The position numbers and the translations under genes were made by a program. A DNA stretch of 63,998 bases, counting the filler, from Octopus bimaculoides (taxonomy: Eukaryota): assembly GCF_001194135.2 (NCBI RefSeq). It is 4 parts of 4 records of this genome, joined end to end, with 100 filler letters (N's around TTAATTAATTAA, not from the genome) between each part and the next. Parts side by side here need not be neighbours in the genome. Positions count along the whole stretch, not along the records: positions 23,611 to 46,721 come from NC_068997.1; 3 more parts are not named here. One strand, written 5' to 3'. The notes below the pieces were generated by a model. That model made no database searches and was not told where the DNA came from. It was given only the letters and a program-made list of their open reading frames with translations. Shown one piece after another: positions 26,745-37,148 of the stretch (within the stretch, counting starts at the first letter, position 1; each line of letters begins with the position of its first letter).

Positions 26745-27000
26745 GTGTGTTCATGTGTGCGCGTGCAATGGAAGTGGGATGGTTAACATTGAATGCTGAA
26801 AAGAAAAAAATCAAACAGCGTTTCAACTCTGTGTATTTGGTATTTACTTACCAGCTTTTGTATTTAGTCACGGTCAGCTTTATGTGGCCTTAAGTCGGAC
26901 AAGAAGGAAGAAAACTTTAAAATTCTTTTGAAGGAAACAAGCAGTCAAAGGATGTCAGTTGCTGATAGATTTTTCACAAGTTTTGGAGTAAAAGAGTTAT
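26745..27000 (+). mobile_element. Helitron PIF1-helicase C-terminal fragment
   Basis: Translation KNQTAFQLCVFGIYLPAFVFSHGQLYVALSRTR, a degenerate form of KSQGQT...VFSHGQLYVALSR. Confidence 0.8.
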
Positions 27001-27230
27001 TAAACTAAAAACTTGGTTTTGTACCTTATCTATTATAATAATACTCTTGTGTTTTTTTCCGTCACAACATATGAATGAGAAAGGAAGGAGTGATAGATGG
27101 ATAAAGAAGGTAGGAGTGATGGCAAACTTGTAGTGGGATGATGGAAACTGTACGGTGAAAAAGATAAATCAAACAGCATTTCAACTCTGTGAGTTTATGT
27201 GTGTGTATGTAAAAGGGAGGTATATGAATA

Positions 27231-27271
<41 letters not shown>

Positions 27272-27274
27272 ACA

Positions 27275-27402
27275 TGTGTATGCAATGAAAGTGGGATAGT
27301 GAACATTCAACGCTGAAATGAAAAATCAAACAGCGTTTCAACTCTGTGTATTCGGTATTTACTTGCCAGCTTAGGTATTTAGTCACGGCCAGCTTTATGT
27401 AG
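27275..27402 (+). mobile_element. Duplicated Helitron helicase fragment, cut at LYVA by the Tx1-like element
   Basis: Direct repeat of ~26765-26890, ending TTTAGTCACGGCCAGCTTTATGTAGC. Confidence 0.75.
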
Positions 27403-30400
27403 CATATCAGTATTTGCAAAGGGAAGTCATACTTCCCATCTCTAGCCTGACGTGATACACACGGACCTGGGTATTGACCCGCCATCAGCATGTGACAACC
27501 ACCGGTTGGCGATGTATTTCTTTATAATGATAATAATATCTGACACAGAAGGGACAAACAAGACAGAACAAACTGGTAAATGTTACCGTGAGTTTGTATG
27601 AGACTTAGAAATTTTGATGATTATATAATATAATATATTCTGAACTTTTTATGGCTAGGGTGGGGATTCACCCTGACGGGCGGAAAGCCCATCGACTATA
27701 CCTTTATCTTTCTCCATGGCGATTTAAGCCAGGTCACTTGCACCCACCTTTCTTACCACATCCTTCCATCTTTTCTCGAACACATCTCATGACATTCGTC
27801 TCCTCTCCAGCCCTATCTTGCTCTTCAGATAATATCTAAAATAAGTGAGCAATCCGGGGCCAGAGATAAAGGTTCCCATCATGAGTCCTTGCATTCTTGT
27901 CTTCCAGACACACTCTTTCAACACTGCCACTGTAAGGAAAAAACATGCCGTACCTTCATTTGAAAGTCTGATGGGCGGCACAATCTTTATTATAGATCCA
28001 GCTGATAGCTGTACTCTACCTAGGTGTGACACCTCGTGTTCAACGTAAATTATCGAGCCTGAAAGATCCCGACAGTGTACAAAAGCATGCTGGACAGTTT
28101 CATTGTTCAGCCTGCATCACTGCCATTCTGTCCCTGGATAACTTATCATAAACATGTAAAGCATTCCTGTAGCACTGCCAGGTCAGGGATTTTTGGTAAT
28201 TATCCAAATACCCCGGCCTGAAAGTCTTTTGGAACAGGTTGGTAAGTTGGTTCTCATCGAACCCCAGAGACCCTCCTAGGATGTCATCATTTTTAGCTTC
28301 TACCAGCCCTCTATACAAAACCGAGGTGGTATTCCCACTGCCGGCCTTGCCCGTCTTGTCGATCAGCACGAGTGCATGTTGACACTCCTTTTACCATTCT
28401 GTCAGATTCCGTCTTTTAATAAAACCGGGATTAAACCTCTCTAAGGAAGCTGGTTGCAGAAAGCATTCCTCCGCCAGCGAATTCTACACCTTATCACCTT
28501 CCAGGTAGCGTCCAAGATGTCTCAGCCTCAATGCATCATAAGCCAGGGCATCCCTAATCCACCCTTTAGCGGTTCCTGGCAGTAGATGGAGAGCCTTACA
28601 AGTGGTGTTCCTCCCTTCCACAATAAGCGGAAAAGGAGGTGCTCCAACTTGTTTAGCCACGATTCGGGGCAATGGACAACAGTTAGGCAGTAGGTGATTA
28701 ACACCTGCACCACCTCCACCCTTCCTTTCAGGGATAGAGCCCGCTCAGACCAAGTCCGAATTAGAGCTTCCACCCTGTTTGCCACCTCACTCCAATTCTC
28801 CGTTTGAGAGTCTGGTTCAAACCAAACTCCAAGCTACTTAACAGGACCATCTGTCCAATGACCCACAACCCTGGTCGATACCGGCTTGCTCCTCCAGGTG
28901 CCAAGACGTGAGCCAATGGACTTGTCCTTGTTAACTTTTGCTCCTGCCACCGCCTCGTATCCTTTGATAGCACCCTCTACACATGGTAGCTGAGCCTCGT
29001 TGGACACAATGATGGTGATGTCATCCGCATAAGCAGAGACTGACTTCCACATCCGATTTCATTGGGGGTGTGTCCCAAATTCTCCAACTTCTTCAGTAAG
29101 GGTTCAAGAGCCAAAGCGTACAGAAGCAGGGACAGGGGTCGTCTTGACGAAATGAGCGCTTGATCAAAAATGGCTCCGACAGGTAGCCGTTTATCTCAAT
29201 GGTGGATTGGATGCCGCTACACATTGCCGCCGCCAAGTATTGGTGGTTTACCCTATCAAATGCTTTACCTTGGTCTAAATGGACCAATGCCTCACCTTTG
29301 CCAGATAATTTTCTAACCCTGTCTAAGGTGTAGCGTATAAGATCCTGGATCGACCTGCCCGGAATGGCGCATATCTGCGCCTTCCCTACAAGCTTCTTCA
29401 CGACACGTGTCAACCTTTTTGCTAACACCTTGGCCAAAATCTTTAACTCTGTATTGGTTAGAGTTATGGGCCTAAAGTTACTTATATTATCCCCCTTGCT
29501 TGGGTCTTTCTAGATCAGCGTTACCACTCCTTGACTCACAGAGCTGGAAATACTCCCATTCTGTTGCCAGTTTGTGTAGACACCCGCCAGAAGGTCCCCC
29601 GAACAAGTCCGTCATGCTACGATTAAACTCATAGGTTAGACCATCCAGCCCCAGTGACTTATCCCTGGCGCACTCGGTCAACACCTCTTTGACCTCCGCA
29701 GGTGTAATCAGTCCTTCACAGCATTCCGTCTCACGTGCCGAGAGTTGCGGCCCACCGGTGAGGAAGTCCTTTAAGGGCTCCCCACGCTCAAAGCGAGTCG
29801 CCCTGCCCAAACAAGCTGGTGAAATGCCTTTTGCATCTTTTCCTGCTAATAGATCTTACACTCTTGTTCATCATTTAAATACTTTATAGAGGCTTTTTTG
29901 CCCCTCTGACACTTCACATGACGAGCCCATCCGACAACATTAATACCTTCTCGACCCACTGCACGTAGCTTCATGCTTGGCTTTGAGGTGACGGTACAAG
30001 ACCGTTCTTGCCGCCAGCACTCTGTCTGCAGAGCCAGATTCCAAAGCCTCGTCTAATTTCTTATCTAGTTCCCTTTCTATTCTAGATCTATCTAAACTTA
30101 GCTGGTTGCTAAATCTAATAGACTCTAAATGAATGGCTCTTTTGAGGGCATGCCACCATCTATTATTAATGATGGGGCCACATAATGCCCTCTGTACTAA
30201 ATCCTTAATCCGGGTACAGGATGCTTGACAAGTCAAAATAGACTTGTTCATCTTCCAGTACCCGGGTTCCTGTCCATGACATTTATCTATATGTACATCA
30301 CACGTCACAAATTTGTAATCCGTGTAAGGCACAATACAAAATTGTGGATAGCTAAAGGTATTCTTATCTCTTTCCCTAACGAATACACTATCTAAGATCT

Positions 30401-31129
30401 GCATGAGCTGTTGTTATTACTTCACATCCACTGTGGAACGCTCAGCTCATCCAGTCTGTAACGGTCTACTAGACCCTTGAGGTCAGGATTTCCCCTCCCA
30501 TCAGTTGAGCCAACACTATCCACCCGTGCATCGAGGATAGTGTTAAAGTCTCCTAATAGAACTACCGTTTTTTGACGTTACTAGAAAGTGCTCTAGTCTT
30601 TGATAAAAAATTGACTGCCTACACTGCTTAGAATAGGCAGCTACCAGCCTGAAGGACTGTTTACTTTTGTGAGTCACATCTAGGATGACCAGCCTACCTT
30701 CTGGGTCCAGAAAGACTGTACTTACCTGTAAGTCCGAGGTCTTCCTGAGTAGTACCACCATGTCCCCTCCTCCTCATCGGCTAGGAGAAATAAATTTCTC
30801 AAAACCGTTTAGAAGAGGTGAGAACGCTTCTGGCCCACTCATCTTGGACACCATGACAATGCAAACGTCTATATCCCGTGACCTGAGGTCGTCCGGGAGA
30901 CAATATTGTTTCCATTTCGACTCCAGCCCACGCACATTTATGTATCCTAACTTAAATGCCATGGTAGAAATAAAAGTTTACTTACATTTGGAGCTTGGGG
31001 AGGGGCTGTGCAAATTCGCCTACTTCCCCTTCCTTCCCTTTTGTTGGTGTAGCCGCTGGGCTTTTCTGGGTGTCGCTGTGGGGCTAATTATAAATTTCGT
31101 GTCAGCCATTTCTGTGGTAATATCCCGGA

Positions 31130-31650
31130 TGTTATCTGGATATCTCCCTTTAAATTCCAAAAATAGACTATTATGTATATCTATAATATAATGAAGGGAG
31201 AGAACTTACAATGTTTTCTGAATGAGGAGAGATAAGTGTTTGTCAACCCTTTTGGCAGAATTGAAATGACATAGGTATGTGTATATATACATACAGGAAG
31301 TAAGCGAGGGACGAGACAGGTAATCTCGTTTACTTCCTGTTAACAAGCGAGACAGGTAATCTCATTTACTTCCTGTTAACGAGCAAGGCAGGTAATCTCA
31401 TTGACTTCCTGTTAAAAAGGAGGGTTCAGAATACAGGAATAGTACAAAACAAGAGAGGGAGCTGCATACGGATCGGACCGTTCACCACCTACCTTTAAAC
31501 AATTGAGGACTGGACATGAAGTTCTTTGGGTATTATACCTGTTGTTGCATAATCTCAATCTTTGAATATTAATTCCCTGTTTGAACAATCTCTGTTGTTG
31601 CGATCAGAAGTTTACCCCTTTTATACATAAGAATTTGTCTGATCATAACA
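31130..31650. mobile_element. Probable solo LTR (521 bp) interrupting Tx1 ORF1
   Basis: Termini TGTTAT...ATAACA (TG...CA, 6-bp inverted repeat). Non-coding, with an internal 3x36-bp repeat. No TSD is visible, and ~250 bp of host ORF1 seems deleted at the site. Confidence 0.6.
31312..31414 (+). repeat. Three tandem 36-bp units, each containing ACTTCCTGT
   Basis: Units start at 31312, 31348 and 31384 (CGAGACAGGTAATCTC.TTTACTTCCTGTTAAC..G). Confidence 0.9.
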
Positions 31651-32909
31651 AGACCGACGTCCATCTTTGCATACCTGATGTTTTTGTCGCTTTTTTTGTT
31701 TGGGGAGGGGAGTCTAGGGCGTATGTTTTTTGCGTTTGTTTGTTACTGTAGTGAAGTCCATTGCGTCATTTGTTTCTTCTTTTCTTCCTCTGCTTTTCCT
31801 TCTGCCGTATTCTCTAGTTTCTGTAGCTTCTCTGCACTCTTGCTTGTTCTCTTCTCCACTTTCTTTTCAGGTTTTTGGGGAGAGGCCTCGTTCCCCTTTT
31901 TCTTTTTCATACAGTTGGAGTGGACATGGCCCTTCTCTCCACACTTGAAGCATCGGAGCCTACGTCCCTCCACGGCTACTCTTATTGTTAACCCCTCCCT
32001 TACAAACACCCTATCTGGTAAATTCTCCAGGGTTTCCAATTGACTGCCTCCTTTTTCATTTGTAGAATTGTTACTGTTTCTTCAACGTCATAAATGACAG
32101 CTGCCGCCACCCACATTACATCGTAGTCTGCCGGAATTTCATCGATTACAACCTTCACTGTTCTGCAGCCCAAGTATGTGGGTAGTAGAATTAATTCATC
32201 ATTCTTAAGGGTCCTTGTTCCACGGCTAACGTAGCATATTTAATTCCATATTGGTGCCAAGCACCTCTCTGTTATCTCGTTTTCTTTTGTGTCTTTAATT
32301 TTCTTCTTTATGTTGTATATTTTGTGCATTACAGTATGTGCGTTTATCGCCTGTAGTGTTTCAGGGGGTGGCAACAGTCTTGTATTGCCGTCATTCTTTT
32401 TTTTTTAAACTAAATTGCGGAACTTGAACAACTGTTTCATTTTAATTCCCAGCTCTGTGACATTGCCGCTCACTGCCTCTGAAAAACTTGTTTTTCCTTC
32501 TCCTTTAGACTTGAATTTTCATTTCTTTTTCCCATCTCGGGAAAGTCTTTTTTGGATTCAATATTGAATTCCATTACAACTTTTTGCAACTTTGCCGAAA
32601 ATGACAAAATCTTAGATAATACACAACCCGTCAATGGGTAAAAAAATAATTTTTCACAAATAATATTTTAAACAAAGTTCCACAATAATTTTCTGCCCCG
32701 TAGGGCGAAAATTAATGTCCTACAAGGACAACAGTTCAAATTCACATAAAACACAAATCAACAAAATAATATCAAACAGGTAACAAGCCAAAGGCGAAAT
32801 CACATAACAGGGTAGCAGAAATTCTGAAAAAAAAAAAAACGACGCAAAAAAATCCGGGTGGCGATGTGAAGTGGTTCCCAATGCAAATATATATATATAT
32901 ATATATATA

Positions 32910-34572
32910 CTTTTTCCAGTGACAAAAAGTCACTGATCTCGAAAATGTGGAAACAAGCAATAATAAACCTCTGAGCGAGGTATAAACAGTAGCTGCATGA
33001 TGTTGTGAAGTATATTTGCCACTTAAATGTGGCTAACCCTTAAGGGTTGATGCTACTGTAGCTTGTAGCCCCAGGTAGACATCTCCTCCAGCTGGCTATT
33101 GACACACTTTCTGTGGCCTGTCAGTATTTTCAAAGGGAAGTCATTCTTCCCAAATCCAGCCTGACGTGATACACACGGACCCATGTTTCTGTCATCAATG
33201 TGTGATATCAATTACAAAGAAGGACAATACAGACTATTACAACAAACATATAAATGAGCTAAGTGAGTTTATAATTAAAAATTGGATGAATCATATATAT
33301 ATAAATTAAAAATTTACATAAACTTATTTTCATAAAAATGGTTGGAAATCCAGTGACTATACTTCGCTTCTGCCATGGGTGAAATTAAGTAGGGACAGTT
33401 ACTTTCAATTTCCACACGACATCCTTCCATCTTTTCTCATATATACTTCGCGACAGGTGTCTTCTCTCCAGCCCTATCTTGCTAAACACAAGTCTTTTGT
33501 TGGCCATCTCTTGGCTAACATCTAGTATGTCCTGTGGGTATCTTGCTTTAAATTGTTCAAATTGTTCTGCTTCTATCCTTGCCAACCATATATTCGGTGG
33601 TATGCCTTGTATTGGTCGAAAGATGTAAGCTTTGTAATGCGCAAGTTATTATTTTCGCTAGAATGTCATTTTTCTCGTTGAACTTAACAATTCTTTCTCC
33701 TAGTGCTTTTTTTAAGGAGGGGGATGGTAGCAGGTTTCGACTTGGGTGGATTGGGGATTTTTTTTCTGTGTGTTCGTGTTTTGTGTAGATGATTTCTTTG
33801 TCAGGGCAGGGGAGCGTGGGGCATGGGCTTTTTCCTTTTATGTGAAGTCGCTGTGATAAATTCCATTTCCTCAACAGTATCCTTCTTTTGTGTGTTTTCT
33901 ATATTTGTGTTGTTCCTTTCTTTGGCTTTTCCTGTGTCGCTTTCCATCACTTTTTTATTATTGTCTTTTTGGGGAGGGACTTCAGCCTTTTTCCTCCACA
34001 TTTAAAACAGCTGGGTCTACATCCCTCGACTGATACTCTAGCGTCCAGTCCCTCCACTATAAAAATGCAGTCTGGCCTTGATTCAAGTATTTCATTTGGG
34101 GCTTGAACTACCAGCTCGAGAGTTTGGCCTTTCCAATTTAGAGCCTCTCGCTTTTTCATTTGGAGTATTGTTATTTCTTCTGCGTCGTAAATTACGGCCG
34201 CTGCCATCCATGTTACATCGTAACCTGTTGGTATCTTCTCTATTGTTATTTTTGCAGTTCTTCAGCCTAGGTAGGTCGGGAGCAACATTGTTTCATCACT
34301 TTTTAAAGTTTGCGTCGATATTTCTTTTGCTGTTTAAGCATTTTCAAATTGCGTCTCAACTTTGGCGCTTCTTGCTCCTCGACCGACATAGGTAATTTTT
34401 CCCCATATGGGGGCGAGGCACTTCTCTACCACCTCGTTCTTCATTGACATAATTCTTTTTTTTTAACGGTTGTATATTTTGTATACTACTGTTCTGGCAG
34501 TTAAGTTTTGTATCATATCCTGTTGTGGCAGAAGTTTTGTTTCATTCGAAACTTAAATAATTGTTCCTTAGA
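32910..34572 (-). mobile_element. Tx1-like copy 2: 5'-truncated ORF1 fused to the ORF2 C-terminus plus 3' UTR (internally deleted)
   Basis: ORF1 SKEQLFKF...GCRPSCFKCGGK...DVSQEMANKRLVF joins directly to SKIGLERRHLSRSIYEKRWKDVV. The 3' UTR shares a 61-bp block with copy 1. The exact 3' end (33121 versus 32910) is uncertain. Confidence 0.8.
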
Positions 34573-37148
34573 AACAGACTTACCACATCCAATTTCATAG
34601 GGGATGTCCCCCAAACTCCGCAGCAATGGCTCAAGAGTCAGTACATAAAGAAGTGGAGACGGGGCACCCTTGACGAACTGAGTGCTTGATCTCAAACGGC
34701 TCTGACAGGTAACCGTTTATTTGGACTGTGGATTTGATGCCGCCATAAATGGCCATGATCCAACCACGAAAGTCCAAACGTAACCCAGCCGCCTCAAGGA
34801 CTGTCACCAGGTACTGGTGGTCTACCCTATCGAAAGCTTTACTTTGGTCTAAATGGACCAATGCTCCACCTTTACCAGATACTTTACCCACCCTGTCTAA
34901 GGTGTAGCATAAGAGAGGAAGATTGTCCTGCGCCTTACCTACAAGTTTCTTCACGACACGCATTAAACTTTTTGCTAACACCTTGGCCAAAATCTTTAAC
35001 TCTACATTAAGTAGAGTTATGGGCCTAAAGTTACAAATATGATCCCCCTTGCTCAAGTCTTTTCTGATCAGCGTCACCACTCCCCGACTCACAGCTGGGA
35101 ATCCTCCCATTCTGTTGCCAGTTCATGTAGACGCAGGCCAGCAAGTGTCCAAACAAGTCTGGCATACTATGATGAATTTCATAGGGCAGACCATCCAACC
35201 CCGGTAACTTGTCCCCGGTGCATTCAGCCAGCACCTCCTCGACCCCTGCAGCTGTAATCGGCTCTTCACAACATTCTGCCTCCCATGCTGAGAGTCGCGG
35301 CCCGCCGGTGAGGAAGTCCTTTAGAGTCTCCCCACGGTCCAGCACCCTGCTCGTTCCAAACAACCGGACGAAATGGTGGTGAAAAGCCTTTTGCATCTCC
35401 TCCTGTTCTTTGATCGTATGCCCCAGCTCGTCAATCAAAGACTTTATAGAGGCTTCTTTGCCGCTCTGACTCTCCACGCGACGTGCCCATCCGGCAACGT
35501 TAATACCTTCTCTACCCACCGCATGTAACTTATCCCTGACTCTACATCTTTCGTGTTTGGCTTTGAGATGTCAGAACAAAACCACTGTCGACCTCTAATT
35601 CCTTAATTAGATTCCCTTCTATTCTAGTCTTCTCTAAATTTAGCTGTTTACCAAATCTAAGAGACTCAGAATGAATGGCTCACTTGAGGGCGCACCACCA
35701 TCTATTATTAATGATGGTGCAGCATAATGCCCTCTGCACTAACTCCTTAACCCAGGTACGGAAGACTTTACAAGTCAAAATAAACTTGTTCATCTTCCAG
35801 TACTCTGGTCCGTCTATGACACTTAACTAGGTACACCTCACACATCACAAATTTGTGATCCGTGTAAGGAACACGACAAAATCGTATTCCTATTTCTATC
35901 TCTAACAAATATCCTATCTAAATAAGATCTGTGTGAACTGTTGTTATTAGTCCACGTCCACTGTAGAACGAGCGGCTCATCCAGTTTATATCGGTCTACT
36001 AGGTTATAACTTGCTAGTAGCCTTTTCAGGCCATGATTTCTCCTTCTATTGGTTGAGCCAACATTATCCACCCATGTGTCGAGAATAGTGTTAAAGTTTC
36101 CTGCTAGAACTAGAGTTTTTGACGTCACCAGAAAGCTTTCAAGGTCTCGAAAAAATCCCAGTTTGTCTACACTCTTTAGGAGCGTAAACAACTACCAACC
36201 CGAAGGACTGCTTACTTGCGTGTGTCACATCTAGGACGACCAGCCTACATTCTGGGTCCAGAAAGACTGTACACATTGTGTAAATGTTTTCTTTGTCAAG
36301 GGAGGAGAGTCTGGGGCATGGGCTTTTTTTCTTTTGTGAAACCACTGTAGTAAATTCCATTTCCTCTTCGGCTTCGGTAGAAAGCACATAACAGAAGTTG
36401 TGTGTTTTCTACATTTTGTTTATTCCTTTCTTCCGCTTTTCCTGTGACGTTTTCTGTGATGCTTTCTTGCTACTTTCATTTTGGGGAGGAACTTCAGCCT
36501 TTTTCTGTTGTTTTTTTAATATTTTTCACACTCCAAGCGGATGTGCCCTTTTTCTCCGCATCTGGGTCTACATCCTTCGATTGATACTCTAGCACCCAGT
36601 CCCTCCACTATAAAAATGCGGTCTGGCCTTGATTCAAGTATTTCATTTGGGGCTTGAACTACCATCTCGAGAGTTTGGCCTTTCCAATTTAGAGCCTCTC
36701 GCTTTTTCATTTGAAATATTGTTATTTCTTCTTCTGTGTCATAAATAACGGCTGCTGCCATCCATGTTACATCGTAACCAGCTGGTATCTCCTCTATTGT
36801 TATTTCTGCAGTTCTCCGGCCTAGGTAGGTCGGGAGCAACATTATTTCATCACTTTTTAATGTTTGGGTGGATATTTCTTTTGCTGTTTCAGCATTCTCG
36901 AATTGCGCCTCAACAGCGGCGCTTCTTGGACCTTGACTGACATAAGTAATTTTTCCCCATATGGGGGCGAGGCATTTTTCTACCACCTCGTTCTTTACAG
37001 ACATAATTCTTTTTTCTTTACGGTTGTATATTTTGTATACTACCTTTCTGGCAGTTAAATTTTGTATCATATCCTGTTGTGGCAGAAGTTTTGTTTTGTT
37101 GCCACTTTTCTTTATAAGGTTTCGAAACTTAAATAATTGTTCCTTAGA
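34573..37148 (-). mobile_element. Tx1-like copy 3: ORF1 (5'-truncated), partial APE and partial RT
   Basis: ORF1 at 36516-37151 (SKEQLFKFRN...CGEKGHIRLEC). A deletion then jumps into APE (VFLDPECRLVV, AGNFNTILD, SYLDRIF). RT NFRPITLLNVELKILAKVL, LDQSKAFDRVDH, SVRQGCP ends at GKSVS, just before YADD. Confidence 0.85.

Larger units (their letters stand above)
27403..32886 (-). mobile_element. Near full-length decayed Tx1/L1-clade LINE, copy 1 (5' UTR, CCHC ORF1, APE-RT ORF2, 3' UTR)
   Basis: ORF1 knuckle CFKCGEKGHVHSNC. ORF2 starts at 30962 with MAFKLGYINVRGL, then DPEGRLVILDV, PGYWKMNKS, KSLGLDGL, AKVLAKRL, LDQGKAFDRVNH and SAYADDIT. C-terminal ...YYLKSKIGLERR. Many stops and frameshifts. Confidence 0.9.

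Noticed and set aside
31312-31414. 36-bp periodic repeats resembling a CRISPR array
   Set aside because: The units are contiguous with no unique spacers, there are no cas genes, and the context is eukaryotic.
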